NCBI GenBank assembly: GCA_050273025.1
Contig: CP158636.1
Location: forward strand, 10,416,001-10,480,000
Direction: 5' to 3'
Length of the DNA: 64,000 nucleotides
Origin: Cenococcum geophilum
Taxonomy: Eukaryota
The notes under the pieces: generated by a model
Seen by the model: the letters and a program-made list of their open reading frames with translations, nothing else
Databases searched by the model: none
What the model was told of the DNA's origin: nothing
Position numbers and translations under genes: made by a program
Shown here: piece after piece, positions 1 to 10,523 of the stretch
How the letters are laid out: every line of letters starts with the position of its first letter
How positions within the stretch are numbered: the first letter of the stretch is position 1

Positions 1-84
1 CGGGCTAGAAGCGACGCTGCGCGATATTACTAGACTAAATAGGGATATAAGGGTTATAGGGGATATAAGGGAGAGGACGCCCTA

Positions 85-345
85 TGTAAGGGTACTTTTG
101 GTCCCTTACTTGGCTACATCCTGGGAGCACTCAGGGGCTGCCAAGGCTAGCCTTCGGCTAGGCCTTGGCCACCCCTTATAAGCTCCTCGGGCTTGCAGCC
201 TCCTTCCTCCCCCATCGGTTCGTCTCTCTCTGTACTAGGCTATTGCCTACCCTCATTACCATATCGTCCTCTTCCATCGACTCTCCTTGTGACTCATGCT
301 CGGCTTGCCTGCTCCCTACCGTACACCCTGGCAATATGCCTTACA
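85..345 (+). repeat. 5' LTR (261 bp), little RIP
   Basis: 7-bp terminal inverted repeat TGTAAGG/CCTTACA; internal atcggttcg (214-222) is complementary to cgaaccgat (348-356) just downstream. Confidence 0.8.
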
Positions 346-430
346 TTCGAACCGATCCTACACCCTCGCGGGTGGTAGCCTGCAGCAAGCCGAGGGCTTC
401 GCCCTCGAGCAATTTCACGATCCTCCATTT

Positions 431-624
431 TTACCTAGGACGACCGCGTACACTGCAGAGCAGGTACACCAGCAGACGCCTGGCAGATCGCATCCGCATA
501 ACGGTGTTGGAATACGGATCAGGTCCTCTACCTTACCTAGGACGATCGCGTATGCTGCAGAGCAGCTACACCAGCAAGACGTCTGGCAGATCGCATCCGC
601 TTACGGTGGCAGATACGGATCAGG
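431..624 (+). repeat. Imperfect tandem direct repeat, ~102-bp period, 2 copies
   Basis: ttacctaggacga..gcgta..ctgcagagcag.tacaccagca..tggcagatcgcatccgc..acggtg..atacggatcagg at 431-523 and 533-624. Confidence 0.9.
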
Positions 625-1135
625 AGACAAGGGAGACGGTAGCTACCTGGCCAAGGGTCAGGGGCTATCCGGATCGTACGCGATCATCTCTTGACGCGAT
701 TGGTATACCTGCATACGATCGGCAGTGCAGCGGCGCAGCTCTGCCCCGACGGCGACCCGAAGGCGATTCGATTGCTATCCGAAAGCTTTCTGGCAGGAGT
801 TAAGGGGGATCCTACGCGATCAAGCTTGCAATACTCTATAGGCCAACCACGGTTCACTTGCGCAGGGCAGTGCCACCAATAGAGCTTGGAAGGTTGAACG
901 TCCTTAAAGAGATGCAGCTACCCTAGAGGCTATCCAATTGCTATTCAATGGCCATCCGAAGAACTGACGGCTAGCTTCTAAAGCTACAGCTACTACCATG
1001 CGCTTCCAGATCAAATGCAATTAGGGCTACGGCCTAACCCGGAAATTTTCCGGCTGTCAGCCATAGAGCTGCCGAGACTTAATCGCAGGCGATTGTCTCT
1101 TAGAGCTACGGCTCGTCCAAGAGCTACGGCTCGTC

Positions 1136-1580
1136 GATCGTACGCGATCATCTTTCCGCAAGGCTTTGGTCGCTCCAAGAGCTCCAGCTTGCATCAAGAG
1201 CTATAGCTTGCCCAAGAGAATGGCAGCAGCTCTTAGATCCTACGTGATCTCTTCTTATTGCCAATATTACTCCGTAATAACAGTGTAATTCAGAAGAAAG
1301 GAAACACGCGTATGGCTATTTGGCCATCACTTCCTTACAAAAACTGATTACGCGGCCGGGGGAAGGCAATTAAGGCGTCAGTTTAAAGTCTCTAAAAGAG
1401 CTACGTCTTACAAAGATCGTACGCGATCTCTTAGCAAGGCTTTGGTCGCTCCAAGAGCTCCAGCTTGCATCAAGAGCTATAGCTTGCCCAAAAGATATGG
1501 CAGCAGCTCAAAGATCTTACGCGATCATCTCTGCAAAGCTTTGGTTGCTCTAAGAGCTCTAGCTTACTTCAAAAGCTCAC
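1136..1580 (+). repeat. ~100-bp direct repeats (2 full plus 1 partial)
   Basis: gatcgtacgcgatc...gcaaggctttggtcgctccaagagctccagcttgcatcaagagctatagcttgccca at ~1136-1250 and ~1415-1525, degenerate third copy ~1513-1580. Confidence 0.85.
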
Positions 1581-2635
1581 AAGATCCTATTACGGTTAAA
1601 TACCGACATCTCTCCGAATCCCTTCCGGGACGAGCCCTCTATAATCTCCCGCTACCGCAAGGTAATAGAGGGGGCTAACCGCAAGAAGGGGGGGGGGTAA
1701 TATAAAGATATAAGAAACTAGTTAAAGAATACCCTAAAAAAGGAAGTAAGGAATAACTAGAAATGGTTTATAAACAAGTATACTTTTAACTTAAGCCTCC
1801 TCTATAATAAGGGCCTTTAGGCTATAGTAAAATAGGTATAAAAAAAGGTAGGGTATTTAGTAGAAAACTTATACTTACCGCCCCTATAGAGAGTAGGGAA
1901 ATTATAGGCTATTAATAACAATAATAAGAAGGCAAAAGTCCTTATAAAAAGGTTCTTCCCCTAACCGGCTTTAGTAAACCTTAGTAATATTATAGGTAAA
2001 ATACTAGTAACTTATCTATAGGTTAACAGCAATATAATAATAGAGGAAATAGCTAAAACTATTAGCTGCCTTTTAAATAATATAGTACTAGGACTAGATA
2101 GGATTTTAAACAAGGCCTTAAAGACCTATAAACTACTTATAGCACCTTAGCTTATAGATATAGCTAAAGTATACTTTACTATAGGCTACTACCTACAACT
2201 TAGAAGATCTATAATAACAGTTATTTTATAAAAAGAAGGTAAAGTAAATTACTTAACCCTAGGAAGCTACCGCCCTATTGCTTTAAAAAATACCCTTAGC
2301 AAGATCTTAGAAAGGGTAATGGTAAACTATATAGTAGATACGGCTAAGAAATACGCTTTACTACTACAAAGCTAAATAGGGGCAAGAAAAAACCGCTTAA
2401 TATTATTAGCACTTACGCTACTTACTGCTACTATTAAATCTATATAGGCGATATAAAGGGACTTTATAGTGTAATAAAGCCTTATAGTAAGAACTACGGT
2501 AGACTTGTTAATAGGCTGGGTATATAGGTAAATAAGAAGTTAATAACATAATAATAACTAGTAAAGTAGTTGCCTAATAAATTAACTCTAATTATATTCT
2601 AAGATTTACTATAAAGAAGAGAACTATCTAAGTAG

Positions 2636-5600
2636 TGTTACGGCACTGGCAGAACTTGGTAGAACTTAACTGGTAGAACTTGGCAGAACTTGGCTGGCAG
2701 AACTTAGTAAAACTTCGTGGTTACGTGACTAGAGGACCGTATAAAAGAACCCTACTTCGACCGGCGCTGCTCTTCTTCTCTTTTCCTTTCTCTAGCTTTA
2801 GATTCTTATTAATAGACAATCTAATTATATAGGCTTGCGTGTCCCTTTTACCGTATACGTGCCTTAATTAACTAAGTTGCTAATATTATCTAAAGCTTAA
2901 ACTACCCTTTCTTCCTAAGAAGGAACTTAAATATATCTATAAGACTATAAATAGAACAGGACATAGAATAGGACCTTAAGGATATTACTAAAACTATAAG
3001 GAATAGAATAAAACCCAAAGGACATAGAATAGAACCCTAAGGAAAGGACCTATAAGACACGCATAGACTAGAACCCCTAAAGAAATTACCCGGAATTACC
3101 TAATACCCCTACCACTATGCCATAAAACACAGCAGTAGGTAAAGCAGCTATAGGATCTATAAATACCTTAGATAAAGAAACAATTAATGTCTTAACCCCC
3201 TAGGCGGAACTTATAGTAGCTAATGCCGAAATTAAACGGCTATAAGAACTGCTTAAGACTAGAGACACCCCTATATCGCAAGATAACCTATTAGATAGAC
3301 TTGCTATAGTCCTTAAAGCCCTAGCCTAACGCACCGTATTAATAAGATTCGTAAAAGTTACGGACCCCCTGTTACTTATAGACGGGACTAACCCTATATT
3401 TAATAATTAGAAGCTTTAGCTGCGGGATAAGCTTAAAGTTAATAAGGATTACTTCCCTAACAACTAAGCTAAGATAGCCTATGTCTTTGGCCATACTAGT
3501 AGAGACGCCTAAATATACCTATATCCGCAATATGCTACAGACTTAATAAACCCTTTTGTCTTAGAAGAGGAAAGAATTAACTACCTATCTTCTATTTATA
3601 AGGACCCCTTTAAGATATAGAATGCCTACCTTAATTATAAAAGCCTAAATATAAAGATAATGGAGACCTTTTCAGCCTTTTAAACCCGCTTTCTATACCT
3701 AGCCAGCTAAGCCTAAATTCCCTATAAAGACATAATGCTAGACCTCTTTAACAAGCTTACTCTGGACCTATAGCATGCTATACTGCTAGTTTTTACTACT
3801 ATATAGACGTTAAAGGTACTTATAGACTACTGCCTAGCTATTAACTAAGGCCTCTATTAAATTAAGGCATATGCCAAGCAGTATAAAGCTAGGAACTCTT
3901 TAAACCAGACTATAAGCAATATAAGAATAGCGAACAGTGCCCCTATATGGGCTGTAACCCCTATAACCCTAACTATTTAGCCCATCGTTAATCTAACAGC
4001 TAGCTGTGCAGCTAGTCCTACTACAGGCCCGGTATATACTCGGCCTATATATAGCAACCCCTATAAATAAGCCCTTAGTAATTAAGGAGCTTACTTTTTA
4101 TATGGCCAAAAAAACTACTTTATAAAGGACTGCCTAATAGCGGTAAAGATAAATAAGGTTCTATTAATTTAGGAGGATAGTATAGAGTTAAAAAAAGAGG
4201 AACCTTAGGGGAAGACTTCTCCCTAGGGTTAAAAGAAATTAATATGTTACATATTAATCTGGGTCGGCTAGTTAGTTAAAAAAGCTGCACTATTCCTTAT
4301 ACTTTATTCCGCAATAGATATTAAGTTTTAACCTCTGCTTTAGCTAACTTAGGAGTAAATGCCTTTACCTTAATTAATATAAAGTACGCTATAAAACTGG
4401 CTAACTTTTTAAATATACCCCTTAAAAAACTGCCTAAACTAATTCCTATCCGTGGGTATAACGGATGGATAGGGCTACCTATTATAACTATCTTATAGAT
4501 CTACCTCCGCGTTAACGGACAAAGGTAGTATAATATCCCCTTCCTTATTATGGACCTTAGAAGCTATAATATAATCTTAGGGAGAAAATGGCTAGCCTAT
4601 TTAGGCTTATAGCTTAACGTATAGAATAGGCAGCTTATCTAGCCTAAAACTATACCCCTAACGCCTTCCTTTATAAAAGAGATTAGTATTATAATAGAAA
4701 ACCTTATACGGCCACAGATAAACACCGTTTACTAGGCCAATGCGATATATAGGGACTAGGCTTTTAAGAAGGATATACAGCTTAATCCGTAACGGATTTA
4801 TATACTACGCCGCCCCCAGACTACCTATATTACGCCACCTACACTAGAGACTTAGGAAGTTGGTAGTGGCCTAGCTAAGTCCCTAATAGAGAACTTAGGC
4901 CCTATATAGCCACAAAGGAAGGCTAAGGACATTAGACGATATACTAAACTAATAGATTAGAAGGATAACTTACGGAAAATAGAACGTAAGCTAAGAAAGA
5001 CTATAAATCCTATACTATAAAATACGGCCTAATAAATATCCGTAAAGAAACCTATGGACCTCCTACTGGTTAATATCTACTATATTAGCGCCGTAGGATT
5101 CTACTAGAACTTAGTCTAACCTAATACCGTTGCCTTTACTACCAACTTATATAAAATTAATTAAATAATTAAGAAAAAAGAAAGTAAGCTTAGTAGATAG
5201 GAAAGTAAGCTTATAGACAAGGAGCTGGTAGAATAGAAACTACCCTATTAATACCGAAAGTTTAAAGACATATTCTCTAAAGTAGTATCTAATATACTTT
5301 TACCGTATTAACCGTATAACTATAAAATCAAGATTAAGTCAGATAAGGAAAACGCCCTTAGCTATACCCCCCTCCGTAAATAGTCTATTGCTAAATTATA
5401 GGCTACTAAGTAGTACCTTGTTAATAACCTAGTAAAGAGGTTTATTAAGCCTAGCTAGGCCCCTTTTACCTCCCCTATTCTCTTTATAAAAAAGCTAAAT
5501 AAAGAACTTTGTTTCTATATTAACTACTATAAGCTTAATAATATAACCCGCAAAGACCGTTATCCGCTACCCCTACTTAATAAGACACTAGCCCAAATAA

Positions 5601-8555
5601 ATAGAGCTAAGGTATTTATAAAGCTTAATATCTATTAGGCTTTCCACTAAATTAGAATAAACCCTAAATCTATAGATCTTACTATATTTTGGACTTAATA
5701 TAGATTATATAAGTATAAAGTACTTCCTTTTAGACTAACTAACGGACTAGCTACGTACCGACAATATATAAATAATGTACTCTTTAACTACCTCGACAAC
5801 TTCTATACGGCCTACTTAGATAATATTATAATTTACTTTAAGAATAAGTTAGAACACAAGGAGTACGTCTATAAGGTCCTATAATGGCTCTATAAGGCTA
5901 GCCTCTAGGCCAATATTAAGAAGTTAGAATTTAATATAAAGCGTATAAAGTACCTAGGGTTTATTATTAGTACGGACGAAATTAAAGTAGACCTAGAAAA
6001 GACAGCTATAATTAATTAGTGGGAACTACTACGGACTGTAAAAGGGATATAGTTATTCTTAGGCTTCTGTAACTTCTACTAACACTTTATTAAGAACTAT
6101 AGTAGGATTACTTAGCCCCTTAGCTGCCTTACTATAAAGGACCAGCCCTTCTACTTTAACACCATATATAAGTAGGCTTTTAATAAGCTTAAGAAACGAC
6201 TGGTCTCCGCTCCCTTACTCGCTTACTTTAACCTAAAATAGCCCTTAATGCTAGAAACAGATACCTTAGATAGTATTATTACTAGCTTTTATTCCTAGAA
6301 GTAGACAAACAAAGAATAGTACCCTATTACTTACTATTTAAAGACTATAATAGATGCTAAGCTAAACTACCTAATCTACGATAAAGAAATGTTAGCTATT
6401 ATCTCTAGCTTTTAGCACTGGCGAGCATAGCTAGAAGAGACCCCTAAGCCTATCTAGGTAGTATTGGATTATAAGGCCTTAGAATACTTTATAATAACTA
6501 AGGCCCTTACGGCCTAGTAAGCGCGCTAGGCAGATATTTTATCCTAGTTTAACTTCCTAATTATATATAGGCTAGGCGCTACTAACCGTGCGGACGCTCT
6601 TATAAAATATAAATAGGACCTAAATAACTAGATAGCCGCGAAGATCTTATTACAGACCTAAACGCTACTATAACTAGAGCACATTAACCCTCGGATATAG
6701 GAAGAACTAAGTACTAAATCTTTAAGCGCTGAGATATGTCCTATTAACCCTATAGAATTTAACCTTATTAATAAACTACTATAAGTAAACTATACGGACC
6801 CTTCTCTATAGGAGTACCGTAAAAAGGTAAAGGACGTTACTAGCCTATGGTCCCTTAAAATGGACTACTTAAGCACTAAAAACGGCTAGTAGTAGCGAAG
6901 GAATAGAACTTATAAACCCGGCTTATTACCGAAGCTTATACCTAGGTCTCTATAGCTTACCCTAGAAAAAATATGACCCGTAAGATTATTAGTAACTGTT
7001 ACTACTAGCCCGGAATAGTTATAGATATTAACCGTTACGTATAAAACTGCAATAACTGCTATAGGTCTATAATTCCATAAGATAAGACCCTAGGACTATT
7101 AAAACCTCTTTTAATACCCAACCGCCCCTAGTAGTATATCTCTATAGACTTTTATAAGCTACCTACAGACTGCGATAGATATAATATGGTTATAATTCTA
7201 GTTAACCGCTTTAGCAAGCGCCTATTTTTAATTCCCTATTATAAGAATATTAATGCTAAGGAGGTGGCCAAACTGTATATCTATTACGTCTACTATATTT
7301 ACGGACCACTTGATACTATCGTATCCGATTATAGCCCGCAATTTATATTGGCCTTTTAAAACATGTTTACCTAGATCCTAGGTATTAGGCTAAAGCTCTC
7401 TATAGTACACTACCCCTAGATAGACGGCTAGACGGAGATTATAAATTAATATTTAGATTAGAGACTCTAGCCTTTTATTAACTACTTCTAGGATAACTAG
7501 GGCGAACTGCTACCCCTAATAGACTATGCCCAGGCAACCCTACCCTATAACTTTACGGGATTTACACCTATCTAACTAGAAACGGGGTATTTACCCTAAA
7601 TAAGCTTTAACTGGGATAGACTAGAAGGACTATAGACTATACGCAAGAAACTATCTTATAAGGAAGCCTAGCAGTACGCTAAGCGCTTAGAGGAAGCTTA
7701 GACGGTAGCCTATATAAATCTAGAAAAGGCCTAAAAATTAATAGAATAGTAGACAAATAAGCATAGGCGCGAACCTAACTTTACCGTAGGTAATATAGTC
7801 TAGGTTATAATAAAGAACTAAAAGACGGAACGGCCTAGCTGTAAGCTAGACTATTAAATAGCAGGACTATATAAGGTCCTTAAGAAGATAGGTAACTCGT
7901 ACAAAGTAAAGCTCCCGGATTTAATTAAGGTTTACCCTATTTTCTTACTAGATAAGCTACGGAAAGCTATAAACAACCTATTACCTAGATAAAAAAACGA
8001 ACCTCTTCTACCAATTTAAGTTAATAGCGACAATAAATAGGAAATTAAAGAAGTACTGGCCTGTAAACTAGTAAGGAAAACGCTAAAGTACTACGTTAGT
8101 TAAAAAGGCTATAACCTAGATCCTACCTAGTACCCTATATAAAACTTTATTAGCAGTCCCCATAAGCTTTAAGAATTCTATAGCCGTTACCCTAATAAAC
8201 TAGGACCCTTAAAGTACCTAAACGAGTAAATAGAGTACTAGTATAGCGAAGATAATAAGCTACTAGAAGAATATAAAGATAAGAACGCCCTATAGGTATA
8301 ATATGGATATATAAAGCCTAAGGACAGGCTTTTACAAAGAGGGGGGGGGGTAATGTTACAGCACTGGTAGAACTTAGTAGAACTTTACGGTTATGTAACT
8401 AGAGGACTGTATAAAAGAACCCTACTTTAACCAGCGCTGCTCTTCTTCTCCTTTCCTTTCTCTAGCTTTAGATTCTTGTTTATAGACAATCCAATTATAT
8501 AGGCTTACGCGTCCCTCTTACCGTATACGTGCCTTAATTAACTAAGTCGCTAACA
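2636..8555 (+). mobile_element. Ty3/Gypsy chromovirus family B, copy 1, full length, inserted in the 3' LTR of element A
   Basis: LTRs 2636-2885 and 8354-8555 (TGTTAC...CTAA(C/T)A; length differs by ggcagaactt-type units), TSD AGTAG (2631-2635 / 8556-8560), poly-G PPT 8341-8350. Confidence 0.95.
3117..8295 (+). pseudogene. gag (3117-4208) and pol (PR-RT-RH-IN-chromodomain) of B1, RIP-disrupted
   Basis: CCHC-like knuckle ~4090-4132; RT tac tta gat aat (YLDD) ~5812; integrase HPQTDGQTE-like ~7408-7437; chromodomain WEIEEVLACK...VSWKGYDPDPTWYP ~8035-8137. Confidence 0.88.
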
Positions 8556-8926
8556 AGTAGGGACTATAGTCCTTTAAATATATAATACTGCGCCTAAGAA
8601 ATACTTAGGTATATTAGTATATTAAATAATCTAAGTATATAACGTTCTAATAGATCTTATAGATTCTATGTTTTGAACTTATAACGTAACTAGCTATATA
8701 ACTTAGCTACCCCTTATTTTATAGCTTAATCGATTCTAGTGCCTCCCGTACTATCTTAACTAACCTATTTATATCTCTTTTTAGTAGTCGTACTACTGCT
8801 AATATAAGGTCCGTAACACTATCCCCCTCCTCTTTATCTTCGTCCTTAAAGATATCTCCTATCTCTAAGTTATCTATTAGAGGTATAGCATTCCCGTTTT
8901 TAATTTAATAACATTTATTATTCCTA

Positions 8927-9627
8927 ATACCTCCTATTAGATCTTTGGCATTTAAGCATTATACTTATATAATTTTTATAATTCTTTTATTAGGTGAAAT
9001 TATATTTCCTTATTCTCGCTATATAGAGAAGAAGTTAGTATATATTACGATTACGGCTCCGTCTGGTCGCCAACCTTCTTTCTATGCTAAGTATACGCGA
9101 GCAAATATATAATCGTCCTATAATATCCAATCTGTTTCTAACGCTAAGTATATACGCCTTATTAATTTTTAAAGTTTTCTACTTTCTTATCTAATCTACT
9201 ATAAGGTCCTATATTTAATTAGCTGCTATAAAGCTTAATAAAGAACTCTCACTAGCCCTAAATAAACATTATTATTTTTATAAAGTAGAGTAAAAGGTTA
9301 TAGAAGCTTAGTAATATACTACTAAGGCTTACCTAGCCACATCTATTTAGCTGCTTTGTCTTAAAAAGGGCTATAAAAAGGTACGCTTAAAGGAGTTCCG
9401 TTTAATTAAGTAAGGTTTAGCTAAACTTAAAGCTAAAAAGGCTAAAAAGGATTCCACTTAAGAAGAGGCGGAAATAGTTTATATATTAGTAGTAGATCCC
9501 TTAAATAATCTAGCTTGTTTATTACCCTTAACCAATCCCTTTATTTTTAGCTCCTTTTTAATATTACCTAACCTATTCTCTTCTAATACTTTTATACCTT
9601 TCCTATAGCGTTCCTTAGGTTCTATAG
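8927..9627 (+). pseudogene. Antisense accessory ORF of element A: Zn2Cys6-like cluster plus coiled coil (RIP-disrupted, possible intron ~9150-9205)
   Basis: Six in-frame TAT codons (canonical RIP product of TGT) at 9011, 9020, 9041, 9083, 9092, 9119 give C-x2-C-x6-C-x13-C-x2-C-x8-C; downstream frame de-RIPs to RLLRLEKGRKKVRSKEFRLIEQGLAELEAEEAE. End approximate. Confidence 0.7.
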
Positions 9628-10523
9628 CAGCCCCTAGGTATTCTTATTATAGCCTATTTACTTTACTTTATACTATATTTCGTTATTAATGTCCTTATAG
9701 TTAATAATCTTTAAAACTTACTATTTGTCTTCTTCTTATCCTCTATACGTGTCTACCTTATAAACTAGTAGCTTTACGTCTCTATACGTTAGTTCTAGTA
9801 TTATAATATACTATATAGGGTAGATCTTTATCTTCGCTAATAAGTTAAGTCTATATATAACTTCTAAAATCTTAGCTGCGATTCTAAATAGTCTTAGTCT
9901 AACGTAGTCCAACTTCTTACTTAATTATTAACTTATAACATTTTTATATAATAGCCATACTTTATCCCCCTCCTTAAGATCTAGTCCCTTAGATCTCTTA
10001 ACATTATAATACTTTTTTATCTTTTTTTATATTAATTTTACTATAAAATAGAGGTCCTTATAAAGATTTATTAGAGTCTCTATTCTCTATTTTACTATAT
10101 TACTTATTTTCTTTATTAATTTTAGTAACAATAATATTCTAGGCCTATATCTATAATTTGCCTAAAATAGTAATATCTCTATGCCTTTCTATGGTATTGC
10201 ATTATATACAAACTATATAACTAGTAATAGCAATACCTAATTATTTTACGCATAATTAACATAATATCTTAGGTACTGTTTTAGCGTCTAATTTAATCTT
10301 TATATCTATCTATCTGTCTGCGGGTAATATATAGTGGAAGTTACTACTCTAACTCCTTATTCCGCTAAGAATACTTCCTAAAATACTGCTATAAATCTTA
10401 GATCTCTATCTAATATAATCTTACTTATTGCTCTATATCTTATAAACACTTCTTTAATATAGATTCTAGCAATATTCTTCGCTAAGATATCTTCTATATA
10501 TGCTATAAAGTAGCCCTATTTAG

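Larger units (their letters stand above)
85..1711 (+). mobile_element. Non-autonomous (non-coding) LTR retroelement, 3' LTR truncated
   Basis: LTR 85-345 bounded by TGTAAGG...CCTTACA with TATA-like ttataag at 176. Poly-G PPT at 1688-1697 is followed by tataaagatat (1701-1711), a RIP version of LTR start tgtaagggtac. No gag/pol motifs recognised; interior made of direct repeats. Confidence 0.75.

Noticed and set aside
346..356. ttcgaa(c/t)c resembling a tRNA T-loop or tRNA primer site
   Set aside because: No cloverleaf; better explained by complementarity to the element's own LTR (self-priming).
165..803. 212-aa ORF and overlapping ORFs at 193-1678
   Set aside because: Start inside an LTR and run through direct repeats, with no recognisable domain; probably chance ORFs in GC-balanced DNA.
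431..1580. CRISPR-like appearance of recurring palindromic motif
   Set aside because: Eukaryotic context, irregular spacing, intervening sequences are themselves repeated, no cas genes.
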